Source of the DNA: Nanobdellota archaeon
GTDB lineage: Archaea; Nanobdellota; Nanobdellia; Pacearchaeales; GW2011-AR1
Reading direction: 5' to 3'
DNA: 64,000 bases
Assembly (NCBI GenBank): GCA_038045705.1
Contig: JBBSXO010000006.1
Location: 44,506-108,505 of the forward strand
The notes beneath the pieces were generated by a model. It saw only the letters and a list, made by a program, of their open reading frames with translations, was not told the DNA's origin and made no database searches. This document shows positions 9,981 to 19,743 of this stretch, piece after piece; positions within the stretch are counted from its first letter, which is position 1; each line of letters begins with the position of its first letter. The position numbers and the translations under genes were made by a program.

Positions 9981-10445
9981 TCAATAATCATAATATCCTT
10001 CATCTTCAAAACCTTCATTCCCAAAGCCCCTAAGTTTACCCACCAAACCAGCAACTTGAACCCTTTCAATATGTTTTAGAGAATTGAAGACTGAAGCAAG
10101 ATTATCCCATCCATAAGTATCAGGAAGCTGTTTTTTAAGAAAAAGTAATCTCGCTTCAACCTCTTCTATTCCTGGAAATGGTGTTGTCGCTTGTGCCACA
10201 CAAAACCCCACAGAAAATCCCCAATTAGTGTTAATAGGGTATAGAATTAAATCAACATTTTTTCGCACAATTTTCAAAAGTCGTTCTGCCTCCCATTCAT
10301 TTATTTTTTTATCAGGGTGATAACAATCAAACTCTACTTTCCCAGTAAGACGAATATCATATTCCCTAACATAATGAAGACGTTTGTCAAGTCTTTCTAA
10401 AAATTTCAAATCAGACTCTGAAGCAACTTCCACATGACCAACCAT
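9981..10445 (-). CDS. hypothetical protein
   Basis: 154-aa ORF with an acidic, aromatic C-terminus. No motif I can name. Confidence 0.3.
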   Translation of the reverse strand: MVGHVEVASESDLKFLERLDKRLHYVREYDIRLTGKVEFDCYHPDKKINEWEAERLLKIVRKNVDLILYPINTNWGFSVGFCVAQATTPFPGIEEVEARLLFLKKQLPDTYGWDNLASVFNSLKHIERVQVAGLVGKLRGFGNEGFEDEGYYDY

Positions 10446-10509
10446 AAATAATAATTACATTTAGAATTTATAAGTATTATCTAGAAACAAAACATCTATT
10501 GATAATTTA

Positions 10510-10818
10510 TTATTCCTTAATATCTATCTTAATCTGAACACTTCTTGGAATCTTAAGCATCATTAATGGGCGTAAAACTCTGTCTTGAGCAGGCATGTCA
10601 ATAATTCTTTTATGAACTCTCATTTCAAATCTGTCAAAAGTAGCGGTTCCATTTCCACAGGGGGACTTTCTTGTAGTAACCTTCATGTGTCTTGTTGGTA
10701 GTGGAATAGGACCCCTCATATTAATACCAGATTTATCAGAAAGGTCTTTAATCATTCCAATAACTGAGTTCAACTGACCTATATCTATACTTGATAGTTT
10801 TATTCTTACTACGCCCAT
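10510..10818 (-). CDS. rps10: 30S ribosomal protein S10 (uS10), archaeal type
   Basis: VRIKLSSID...RGPIPLPTRHMKVTTRKSPCGNGTATFDRFEMRVHKRIIDM matches the S10 signature. The start is most likely the internal Met (MGVVRIKL), giving about 102 aa. The ORF-track start at 10866 is probably too long. Confidence 0.8.
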   Translation of the reverse strand: MGVVRIKLSSIDIGQLNSVIGMIKDLSDKSGINMRGPIPLPTRHMKVTTRKSPCGNGTATFDRFEMRVHKRIIDMPAQDRVLRPLMMLKIPRSVQIKIDIKE

Positions 10819-11040
10819 GTTGTCCCAAAGCAAAAAACGGTTCTTAAACCTTGCGGTAGATGACAAGTTTTAAGCTCGAGAATATCAGTTTTTGTTATCA
10901 AAAAATCGATGCGATTGGTACTAGATTTTTGGATGCATGAAAATTCTTTAAATAGAGAATTTTCTGCACAGAAGTTTGTTTGTAAAGACAAACTTCTTGT
11001 GCTCATGATGTTAAGAGACATCGAGACATAAAATTACGTT

Positions 11041-13725
11041 TCATTCAAATCTTTTCTGAACTAATATCCCTACTAAACTCAAGAGAAACACAATAAAAGT
11101 AGTTATTGCTATACGAGACCAGTCCATAAAAGAAAGAGGAATAGTATCAAATAAATTACCAAGGGGTGTATAGAGAACCATTAACTGTAATATAAATGAG
11201 GCAAATACAGCAAGAAACAACCAGAAATTACTAAATGTAGGGATATTAGCTTCTTTCCTAACAATGTAAACTCTTGCAAGTTCAAGAACAACAATAGAAG
11301 TAAACGCAATAGTTTGTGCATGGGCTATATCATTAAAGCTACTCAAACTCCAAGTAAATAATGCAAGAACTCCAGCAACAATCAAAGAAGAGGTATAAAA
11401 CATACTAAACAATCTACCTCTAGTTAATATTGGTTCATCTTTTTTTCTAGGTGCTTTTTCCATTGAGCCCTTAGGGTATGGGTCAACACTCAATGCTAAA
11501 GCAGGCAATCCATCAGTAACCAGATTTATCCATAATAACATTAAAGCAGTGAATGGTAGAGGCAACCCAAATATTATTGCTAGGACAACTATCATAACTT
11601 CAGCTAAATTAGAAGAAAGTAAGTATTTTACAAAAGAAATGATATTGGAATAAATTCCCCTTCCTTCCTCAACAGCTGAAACGATAGTTGAAAAATTATC
11701 ATCTATTAAGATCATATCACTCGCTTCTTTAGAAACATCTGTTCCCTTGATACCCATTGCAATTCCCAAATTTGCAGATTTCAAAGCAGGAGCATCATTT
11801 ACTCCATCTCCAGTCATAGCTACAATGGCTCCCGATTCTTGCAACAATTTAACAATTTCTAGTTTGTGGGCAGGTTCAACCCTAGCAAATATATTTGTTG
11901 TCTTTATTATTTGTCTCTTCTCTATACTGCCTAACTGTGCAAAATGAACTCCTTCAATACTTTCCACAGTTAAACCAATATCTTTAGCGATAGCACTAGC
12001 AGTATTAATATTGTCTCCAGTAATCATTATTACTCTAATTCCAGCATTTTTTGTCCTGACAATATAATCTTTAATCTCTGGTTTAGGAGGGTCGATCATT
12101 CCTTGAAGACCTACAAATATCAAATCGCTTTCAGACATTTTTTCTTTTTTTCTAGCTATTTTATAAGCAAAGCCTAAAACTCGTAAAGCACTAGAAGCGT
12201 ATAATTTATTTTTATCTAAAATTTCTTTACGTATTTTATCTGTAAATCTAACAATTCTATTATCTATAAAGATATAATTACATTTTTCTATAATCCTTTC
12301 AGGAGCACCTTTAGTACAAAATAAAAACTTACTCCCATCTTTGTGAAGAGTACTCATCATTTTTCTCGAAGCATCAAAAGGCAATTCATCTACTCTAACA
12401 AATTTTTCTCGAAGCTCTCTATAATTTAACCCAGCTTTAAGAGCACTAACAAGTAAAGCAGCCTCAGTAGGGTCCCCAGTAATAGTCACCTCTTGAGTTT
12501 TATGCAAAACAGCATTATTGCACAAAGCTCCAATCTTCAAGATAAGTGAATCTTTTTCAGTAAATGTTTTTCCGTTTAAAGATATCAAACCTTTATCAAA
12601 GTAACCTTCTCCAGATACAACATAATCTTTTTTATTTGTAAAAATATTTCTTACAGTCATTTCATTTTTAGTTAAAGTTCCAGTCTTATCACAGCATATT
12701 ACATTAGTCTCACCTAAAGTTTCGACAGAAGGCAATCTTCTAATCAATGAATTTTTTTTAAGAAGCCTTTTAACACCTATCGCAAGAGATATAGTAACAA
12801 CAGCAGGTAGACCTTCAGGAACAGCAGCAACAGCAAGGGCAATAGCCGTTAGTAACCATGTTCTAACGTGCTTTCCAAAGTTAGAATAATCTCCTGCTAG
12901 TAATTCATAGATTAAACCTTCACGAAAGAAACCAATCAAAAATATAAGTAGTGAAACAAAGATAACCCCAAGACCAACATATTTTCCAAATTTATCTAAT
13001 TTAATCTGCAGGGGGGTAGCTTCTTTTTTAACATCATTTAAAAGATGAGCTATTTTTCCTAACTCAGTTTTCATACCTGTAGAAGTTACAATGCAAAGAC
13101 CACGACCATTAGTTATTAAAGTCCCAGAAAAAATCATATTCTTTTGGTCATTAATTACAAGATTCCCAATGAGTGCATCAGAAAGTTTAGAACTAGGAGA
13201 AGATTCTCCAGTTAAAGAAGATTCTAAACAAGAGAGTGAGTGACTTTCAATAACGCGAGCATCAGCAGGAACTTTATCTCCCTCTTCAACAACAATTATA
13301 TCTCCTGGTACAATTTCTTTAGAATCTATCTCGCGAAGTTCTTTGTTTCTTATTACTCTAGCTTTAAGTGAAGACAATTTCTTTAAAGATTCAATAGACT
13401 TCTCAGCCCTATATTCTTGAACAAATCCAAAAGTAGCGTTTAAGAGTAAAATAGCAAATATTACTACAGAATCAATATACTCTTTAAGAAGAACTGAAAT
13501 AAGTAGGGCAAATATAAGTAAATAAATAATAAAACTTCTAAACTGTCTAAAGAATATAATTAAACCAGAAACAGAACTTTCTTTTTTTATTTCATTAAAC
13601 CCAAAATCCGTTAGTCTTTGTTTAGCTATAACCTCTGTCAACCCAGTTTTACTACTAGATCCAAATTGAGAAATTACCTTATTAATTTCTAAAGAATAAT
13701 ATCTATCACCCATTTTAACAAACAA
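11041..13725 (-). CDS. P-type cation-transporting ATPase (P2-type, Ca2+/SERCA-PMCA-like)
   Basis: Phosphorylation motif CDKTGTLT, hinge MTGDGVNDAPALK, a TGES actuator motif and about 10 TM helices. Length 894 aa. Confidence 0.85.
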   Translation of the reverse strand: MFVKMGDRYYSLEINKVISQFGSSSKTGLTEVIAKQRLTDFGFNEIKKESSVSGLIIFFRQFRSFIIYLLIFALLISVLLKEYIDSVVIFAILLLNATFGFVQEYRAEKSIESLKKLSSLKARVIRNKELREIDSKEIVPGDIIVVEEGDKVPADARVIESHSLSCLESSLTGESSPSSKLSDALIGNLVINDQKNMIFSGTLITNGRGLCIVTSTGMKTELGKIAHLLNDVKKEATPLQIKLDKFGKYVGLGVIFVSLLIFLIGFFREGLIYELLAGDYSNFGKHVRTWLLTAIALAVAAVPEGLPAVVTISLAIGVKRLLKKNSLIRRLPSVETLGETNVICCDKTGTLTKNEMTVRNIFTNKKDYVVSGEGYFDKGLISLNGKTFTEKDSLILKIGALCNNAVLHKTQEVTITGDPTEAALLVSALKAGLNYRELREKFVRVDELPFDASRKMMSTLHKDGSKFLFCTKGAPERIIEKCNYIFIDNRIVRFTDKIRKEILDKNKLYASSALRVLGFAYKIARKKEKMSESDLIFVGLQGMIDPPKPEIKDYIVRTKNAGIRVIMITGDNINTASAIAKDIGLTVESIEGVHFAQLGSIEKRQIIKTTNIFARVEPAHKLEIVKLLQESGAIVAMTGDGVNDAPALKSANLGIAMGIKGTDVSKEASDMILIDDNFSTIVSAVEEGRGIYSNIISFVKYLLSSNLAEVMIVVLAIIFGLPLPFTALMLLWINLVTDGLPALALSVDPYPKGSMEKAPRKKDEPILTRGRLFSMFYTSSLIVAGVLALFTWSLSSFNDIAHAQTIAFTSIVVLELARVYIVRKEANIPTFSNFWLFLAVFASFILQLMVLYTPLGNLFDTIPLSFMDWSRIAITTFIVFLLSLVGILVQKRFE

Positions 13726-13758
13726 ACATTATTAAGTATAAAAATCCCCCTAAAGTAA

Positions 13759-14178
13759 ATGGGTAATATGTTTAAAAAAGTGAAAGCTAAAACGGTGGAA
13801 GAATACATTAATTCGATCACGGGAGAAAGAAAAGAACAAATTGTTTTTTTACATAATCTAATAAAAAAGACAGTTCCAAGTCTAAAACCTCACTTCGCTT
13901 ACAACATGCTTGGGTATGGCTCTTTCAAATATAAAAGTAACAAGAAAGAAATGCTTAACTGGCCAGTAATTGCTTTAGCAAACCAAAAGAATTACATCTC
14001 ATTATACATATGTGCAACAAATAATGGAAAATATATAGCAGAAGAAAATAAATCAAAATTAGGAAAGGTCAGTGTAGGAAGAAGTTGTATTAGATTCAAA
14101 AAACTAGAAGACTTAAATCTAGAGACTCTAAAGAAAGTAATAAAACTAGCCTCAAAAAACCCAGGACTTCGAAACTAA
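13759..14178 (+). CDS. DUF1801 (YdhG-like) domain protein
   Basis: 139 aa. Arrangement resembles the YdhG/DUF1801 fold. Weak call. Confidence 0.35.
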   Translation: MGNMFKKVKAKTVEEYINSITGERKEQIVFLHNLIKKTVPSLKPHFAYNMLGYGSFKYKSNKKEMLNWPVIALANQKNYISLYICATNNGKYIAEENKSKLGKVSVGRSCIRFKKLEDLNLETLKKVIKLASKNPGLRN

Positions 14179-14219
14179 AATATACAAAAATTTATATACT
14201 ATAGATATTCTATAGAATT

Positions 14220-14465
14220 ATGCAAAACCAAATAAGCACAATCCAATTAAGAGATAAAGTAAAGCAAGCACTAGACAGATTAAAACAAAAGTCTAACGAA
14301 AGCTATGAAGAAGTAATAGTTAAGTTAATTGAAGAAAAAGAAAAAAAGGATATCAAAAAATTGCTTAAAGAACAGTGCATTGAAATGTATGATCTAGATA
14401 GAGAAATAGCAAAAGAATGGGAAGGCACTTTAATGGATGGTTTAGACAAAAATGAAAAATGGTAA
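14220..14465 (+). CDS. putative antitoxin (partner of MazF/PemK-like toxin)
   Basis: 81-aa charged helical protein immediately upstream of the toxin gene, overlapping it by 7 nt (start of toxin at 14459 lies before the antitoxin stop). This is the classic TA arrangement. Confidence 0.45.
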   Translation: MQNQISTIQLRDKVKQALDRLKQKSNESYEEVIVKLIEEKEKKDIKKLLKEQCIEMYDLDREIAKEWEGTLMDGLDKNEKW

Positions 14466-14806
14466 ATATTAAGAGGGGAGAAATTTTTTTAGCAAACTTA
14501 GAACCAGTTAAGGGAAGCGAGCAAGGAGGGATTAGACCAGTACTAGTGATTCAAAATGACATCTCAAATGAATATAGCCCCATAACAATAGTTGCTGCAC
14601 TTACATCTAAGATCAAAATTACAAAGTTTATAACAAATATATTTATTCCAAAAAGTCAGACAGGTTTAGATAAAGACTCAATAATATTGTTAAATCAAAT
14701 AAAAACAATAGATAAATCAAGAATAATAAAGAGAATAGGAACAGTAGATAATGAATTAATGAATAAAGTAGATAATGCTATAAAAATAAGTCTTGCTCTT
14801 GACTAA
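14459..14806 (+). CDS. MazF/PemK-family endoribonuclease toxin
   Basis: RGEIFLANLEPVKGSEQGGIRPVLVIQND...ITIVAALTS matches the PemK/MazF N-terminal signature. Length 115 aa. Confidence 0.7.
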   Translation: MVNIKRGEIFLANLEPVKGSEQGGIRPVLVIQNDISNEYSPITIVAALTSKIKITKFITNIFIPKSQTGLDKDSIILLNQIKTIDKSRIIKRIGTVDNELMNKVDNAIKISLALD

Positions 14807-14967
14807 TCAAAAAATTTCTTAGTCAGCAAAATTCACAGACATTCTTTGCATTTTTCTTATCTTCTTTCTTCCCTTTCTCTTTTTTGTCTTTTTTCATATC
14901 TTTCCCTTTTTTATTCTCTACCATATAAAATAAAGTCTTAACTAATATATAAATTTTATTAAACCGT

Positions 14968-14997
14968 AAAGTGAGCCCGGCTCCGCCGCGAAGCCGA
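14968..14997. other. isolated GC-rich hairpin (9-bp stem, 1 mismatch) in AT-rich intergenic DNA
   Basis: GAGCCCGGCTC-CGCCGCGAA-GCCGAGCTC followed by TCTTTCATCTC. It is the only GC-rich island in the 400-bp gene-free interval 14807-15214. Confidence 0.3.
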
Positions 14998-15214
14998 GCT
15001 CTTTCATCTCAGTTTAGGAGATGAATATAAGAAAAACCTTGTAATGGGTTTTTAACATGCAAAAGTCTTTCTAAATGGTTATTTAAGACTTTTGAATATC
15101 TAACCCAAACAAACTTAAAATTTAATACTAGTTGAAATCTTTAGATTGGAGTTAAGTTATTATCTTGGAGACTATCAACTGTAATCCCAAAACACTAGCA
15201 AACTCATCAGAGTT

Positions 15215-15520
15215 TTATGATTTTAAACGTATCTTTTCCGAAGAAGATGCCTTTTTAACCTTTATCCAATAACGAATCGCAAATATTAAAAAACCAAACC
15301 CAACCACAAAATAGATTAGATGCATTTTCATGCCAAGAAACATAAAACAAAAAGTAAAGATAGAAAGAGAGGTAGCTAAAAAGAAATCGCTATCTTTCTC
15401 AGATGTGAACTGCATCATTGGGTGAATATCAATAGATTTAAAATCGTTTCCATTCTTTAAACCAAGAGGCGATGGATAGTTTACTTTCACAAATAGGAAT
15501 AATTGTAGGCATAGCTGCAA
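15215..15520 (-). CDS. small membrane protein, hypothetical (overlaps start of antiporter gene; may be spurious)
   Basis: 101-aa ORF with two hydrophobic helices. Overlaps the divergently oriented antiporter start by 49 nt. Confidence 0.2.
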   Translation of the reverse strand: MQLCLQLFLFVKVNYPSPLGLKNGNDFKSIDIHPMMQFTSEKDSDFFLATSLSIFTFCFMFLGMKMHLIYFVVGFGFLIFAIRYWIKVKKASSSEKIRLKS

Positions 15521-17148
15521 TAATAGCTCTTCTTGGCAGAGTTATCAAACAACCATCAATAATAGCTTATCTAATTACAGGGGTTTTAGTAGGTCCTTTA
15601 GTCTTCAATTTAATAGATCCTACAATTCATTTACAGTCTCTAGCAAGTATAGGAATAACACTTTTACTTTTTATCATAGGAACAAGTTTAGATTTCAGAA
15701 TTTTAAAAAGCGTAGGAGGAGCGTCAATTATAGGGGGTATTTCAACAGTAGTAATTGTATGTTCAGTAATATTCTTGATAGCTCAATTTCTTAACTTTAG
15801 TTTAGTTCCAGCTTTATATATAGCCATAGCATTTTCTTTCTCAAGCGCAGTTGTGGTTGTAAAAATCCTATCCGATAAAAAAGAGATAGAAACATTGCAT
15901 GGACAGATAGCTTTGGGGATACTAATCGTAGAAAGTTTCATTGCAGCCTTAGCATTAATGATAATTCCAGTAATTTCAAACGATGGATTTTCAGGAATTT
16001 TGTCACAAATATCTAAATTTGTTTTAATGATTGCTCTAGTTGTTTTTGTTGGACATTTTATATTTTCAAAGATGTTAAGTTTTGCAGCTAAAAATCAAGA
16101 AGTTCTTTTCCTTGTAAGCATAGCATGGGCACTAGCTGTTGGAGCAATATTCGAAATTTTAGGTTTATCTACTGAAATAGGAGCTCTAATTGCTGGAATG
16201 GTAATTGCATCTTCAAGATATAATCTGGAAATAAAATCAAAAGTAAAAGGAATAAGAGACTTTTTCGTAATTCTATTCTTCGTATATTTTGGAGCACAGC
16301 TTTCAGCACCAATAACAACAGAGTTAGTAAAACAAGCAGTAATATTCTCAGTTTTTGTTTTAATTGGAAAACCAGTAATTGTAATGGCTCTAACAAGATC
16401 ATTTGGATTCAAGAAAAGAACAAACTTTATGATTGGAACTAGCTTAACACAAGTAAGTGAATTCTCTTTAATAGTGATCTTACTTGGTTATAGTTTAGGA
16501 CATATTTCCCAATCAGTATTTTCATTAACAATTCTAGTTACATTAGTTACAGTGTCTTTAAGCAGTTATGCGATTTATTTTTCAACTCCGATCTATGAAT
16601 CTATTTCCAGATTTCTAGGATTGTTTGATGGAAAAAAGAGAAACATAGGAAATAACAATAAAAAAGAAAAGTATGACATAATACTATTAGGATATAGCAG
16701 ATTAGGTTTTAATCTTGTCAAAGCTTTTGATCTTGCAAAGAAAAAATACTTAGTAGTGGATTATAATCCATTAACTATAATGAATCTTTCTAAAAGAGGG
16801 ATAAATTGTGTATATGGAGATGTTAACGACTCTGAGTTTCTAAAAGGAATAAACATCAAATCAGTTAAAATGATAGTCTCAACTATACCAGATTATTCTG
16901 CAAATCTAAACATAATAAAATCAATAAACTATAAAGAAACAACATTTATAGCAACATCAAATCAAATACATAACGCAATAGAATTATACAAAAACGGCGC
17001 AGACTATGTTATAATGCCACATTATCTAGGTGGAGATCACATAGCAAGTATGCTCATAAGGGACAGCTTTAATAAAAAGACATTAAAAGAAGAAGGCAAA
17101 AATCATATAAAACAAATTCAAGAGAGACTAAAAGATAATTCTATCTAA
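15472..17148 (+). CDS. monovalent cation:proton antiporter (CPA2/Kef-type) with C-terminal RCK/TrkA-N domain
   Basis: About 12 TM helices, then a Rossmann-like IILLGYSRLGFNLVKAFD...VVDYN RCK domain. Confidence 0.7.
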   Translation: MDSLLSQIGIIVGIAAIIALLGRVIKQPSIIAYLITGVLVGPLVFNLIDPTIHLQSLASIGITLLLFIIGTSLDFRILKSVGGASIIGGISTVVIVCSVIFLIAQFLNFSLVPALYIAIAFSFSSAVVVVKILSDKKEIETLHGQIALGILIVESFIAALALMIIPVISNDGFSGILSQISKFVLMIALVVFVGHFIFSKMLSFAAKNQEVLFLVSIAWALAVGAIFEILGLSTEIGALIAGMVIASSRYNLEIKSKVKGIRDFFVILFFVYFGAQLSAPITTELVKQAVIFSVFVLIGKPVIVMALTRSFGFKKRTNFMIGTSLTQVSEFSLIVILLGYSLGHISQSVFSLTILVTLVTVSLSSYAIYFSTPIYESISRFLGLFDGKKRNIGNNNKKEKYDIILLGYSRLGFNLVKAFDLAKKKYLVVDYNPLTIMNLSKRGINCVYGDVNDSEFLKGINIKSVKMIVSTIPDYSANLNIIKSINYKETTFIATSNQIHNAIELYKNGADYVIMPHYLGGDHIASMLIRDSFNKKTLKEEGKNHIKQIQERLKDNSI

Positions 17149-17759
17149 TCATCTATAATTATTCTCTTAAATAAGTCAAGGAATCTTAATACTATCTCAA
17201 GACCAACTATAAATAAAAGAACATATCCAACAAAAATCATAAGCTGAGATATATTTTCAATAGCCTCACCAAACCTCACAAAGTCAAGTAATTTATGGCT
17301 CAATAACGTTATAGCAAGTATTGTGAATGGTAAAAGTTTAGCTACTTCGGCAGATATTTCAGAATTATAATATGCAAGCAATCTAATTGAACCCACAACT
17401 GCAGCAGATAAAACCAGAATTTGTTCTAGAGAGTTTACTTCAGAGAATAAAATTAAAACAAGTGCAAACAGCATATACCAGAATAAGACTAAAAAAGGCA
17501 AAATTACAATATATTCAATAAAGTAAAGAATCCCTGCAAACACCTTATTTAGAGTAGGATGGTCAAAAGAGTTATACTGTCCCAAATTAAGAGAGATTAT
17601 ATCCTTTCTAGAAATCACTTTATGAACTTTCCATATGAATATGGAATAAATAAAGATCAGCAATGTGTAAACTGCCACATTAAAAATATTCTGATAAATC
17701 TCTGGAAGAGAACCAATATAATTAATTAAATTACTAAAATAGTCTAATCCAATCACCAT
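17145..17759 (-). CDS. integral membrane protein, hypothetical
   Basis: 204 aa, five predicted TM helices, no motif. Confidence 0.35.
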   Translation of the reverse strand: MVIGLDYFSNLINYIGSLPEIYQNIFNVAVYTLLIFIYSIFIWKVHKVISRKDIISLNLGQYNSFDHPTLNKVFAGILYFIEYIVILPFLVLFWYMLFALVLILFSEVNSLEQILVLSAAVVGSIRLLAYYNSEISAEVAKLLPFTILAITLLSHKLLDFVRFGEAIENISQLMIFVGYVLLFIVGLEIVLRFLDLFKRIIIDD

Positions 17760-17822
17760 TTAAACTTTAAGAATCAAGGATATTTAAAATGAGTCATACA
17801 AAAACCATAAATACATCAAAAA

Positions 17823-18692
17823 TTGAAAATACCTATGACTATTCAGATAATTCTCTTTTACAAATTTGTAAGTCTTAATAATCTGGAATCTCTCAAAAAA
17901 AGACATTTAAATTTCTGCAACAATCTAAGTCTAAAAGGAAAAGTCTTGTTAGCAAAAGAGGGCATAAATGGTTCTATTTCAGGGACAAAAGAACAGATAG
18001 AACTGTATATACACGAGTTAAGAAAAGACTCTAGATTTTCGGATATTGAATTTAAAATAGAAGAGGGTATTATCAACCCCTTTGATAAAATGTTAGTAAG
18101 AGTAAGAAAAGAAATAATCAGGTTAGGAGAGGAAATTGACCTTACAAAAGTAGGCAAATATATTTCACCACAAGAATTTCTTGAATCTTACAAAGACACA
18201 AATGTAGTAATAATTGATGCAAGAAATGAATATGAATCTAAAGTTGGAAAGTTTAAAGGAGCAATTATACCAAAAATTGAAACCTTTAGAGAATTTCCAG
18301 AATTTGTAAAAAATCTAAATATACCAAAAGATACAAAGATACTAACTTACTGCACAGGTGGAATTCGCTGCGAAAAAGCAAGTGCATACATGGTAAAAGA
18401 AGGTTTTACTAATGTAAGCCAATTACACGGAGGAATAATTAAATTCTGTCAAACTATTCCAAACACAGATGTCTGGGAAGGACAATGCTTTGTGTTTGAC
18501 AATCGTCTTTCATCTCCAATAGGACAAGATAAAAAACAAATCAATAACTGTATACATTGTAACACACAATCAGACCTTTATAGAAACTGCAAAATAAAAG
18601 TATGCAACAAACTCATATTTATTTGTAATAATTGCCGAAAAGACTTTCATGCTTGTTGTTCAGAAGATTGTATGAAGAAATTATTGAGGTAA
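17823..18692 (+). CDS. trhO: rhodanese-domain tRNA U34 hydroxylase TrhO (YceA/UPF0176 family) with Cys-rich C-terminal extension
   Basis: Active-site loop YCTGGIRCEKAS and the overall YceA layout. The C-terminus carries nine extra Cys (CIHCN...CKIKVCN...CNNCRKDFHACCSEDC). Confidence 0.7.
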   Translation: MKIPMTIQIILFYKFVSLNNLESLKKRHLNFCNNLSLKGKVLLAKEGINGSISGTKEQIELYIHELRKDSRFSDIEFKIEEGIINPFDKMLVRVRKEIIRLGEEIDLTKVGKYISPQEFLESYKDTNVVIIDARNEYESKVGKFKGAIIPKIETFREFPEFVKNLNIPKDTKILTYCTGGIRCEKASAYMVKEGFTNVSQLHGGIIKFCQTIPNTDVWEGQCFVFDNRLSSPIGQDKKQINNCIHCNTQSDLYRNCKIKVCNKLIFICNNCRKDFHACCSEDCMKKLLR

Positions 18693-18799
18693 ATCAGATT
18701 ATTAGGAGATGCTGGATTTATCGATATTGTTAAGTTTAGAGGAATAAGATTAAATTAAAGATGTTACAAAAGTTAAAAGATATAATTGGAAAGTGGTCT

Positions 18800-19219
18800 C
18801 TAGGTTAATTCTTGATAAACCATCCATTCAGCATAACCAGGAAATTCTCTTTGATATCCAGCTTGTGCAGGATTAATTGATGGCCAGTTTATCCAAGGAT
18901 TCATCCAACCATTAGAAGTCTTAAGTAACCAATGCCCTTCAGGATACTTTCTGCTTCTTCTAGAAAATGCTATTGTGCCTTCTCTTCCTAATATTGCTTT
19001 ATCCCTAGCTGGAGCTACTCTCTTAAAAGTATAATTTATTCCATTCTTATTAAGTGCTTTAACTAAGTCTAGACAAGAATAACCAGAAGTATAGGATTTT
19101 TCCAATCTTCCAGATAATTTTCTTGCTTCTTGGTATGTTATTCCTAGCTCAGAAGCAACACAAGCTAAGCCACATCCCATGCCTTCTTCTTGAGCCACTA
19201 GTCTATGTTTTCTCATCAA
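18800..19219 (-). CDS. C39-like papain-fold cysteine peptidase domain protein
   Basis: QEEGMGCGLACVASELG resembles the catalytic Cys region of peptidase C39 and C39-like families. Length 139 aa. Confidence 0.35.
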   Translation of the reverse strand: MMRKHRLVAQEEGMGCGLACVASELGITYQEARKLSGRLEKSYTSGYSCLDLVKALNKNGINYTFKRVAPARDKAILGREGTIAFSRRSRKYPEGHWLLKTSNGWMNPWINWPSINPAQAGYQREFPGYAEWMVYQELT

Positions 19220-19352
19220 AACAATCTAATAAACTGGCTTAAAAACCTGTCGATATTTTTTTAATTTTATATTCGATAAAATAATAATTAAACCTTTGAC
19301 AGTATCCTTTGTAAAACATTCATTCTAAAAATAAAAATTCATTCCCTTAAAA

Positions 19353-19658
19353 TCAAACACCATTATAGAATCTAGCAAAAACCCATCCCATTACATAAAA
19401 CATAACATAACTCTGTAACAATCCAATTAATATAGTCCAATCATAAAATGAAAAACCTATCGGATACTTAGCAATTATAAATGCAGTCTCAAAATTACTA
19501 AACCAAACAAACAACCCGTAAAATACGAGAACAACCATTGCCATCATTCCCATAGCATGACCTAAAGCATAAGGCTTTAAGTCACCAGTTTTCAAATGTT
19601 CAATGTGTTCTGAATGCACATGAGATTTAGAATGTTGATGCATCGACCCTCTTTTCAT
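19353..19658 (-). CDS. small membrane protein with His-rich N-terminus
   Basis: N-terminal MHQHSKSHVHSEHIEHL (7 His in 20 aa) then two TM helices. Possible metal-binding. Confidence 0.3.
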   Translation of the reverse strand: MKRGSMHQHSKSHVHSEHIEHLKTGDLKPYALGHAMGMMAMVVLVFYGLFVWFSNFETAFIIAKYPIGFSFYDWTILIGLLQSYVMFYVMGWVFARFYNGV

Positions 19659-19743
19659 AAACAGTATAAATGAGGATTATATTTAAATCTTACTTTAGCA
19701 AGATTTAATGTATTAATTTGATTTACATAGATATAAACTTTAT

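Noticed and set aside
10809-11021. 70-aa ORF overlapping the 5' end of rps10
   Set aside because: It overlaps the mis-extended S10 ORF and has no motif. S10 most likely starts at the internal Met, leaving this as noncoding leader.
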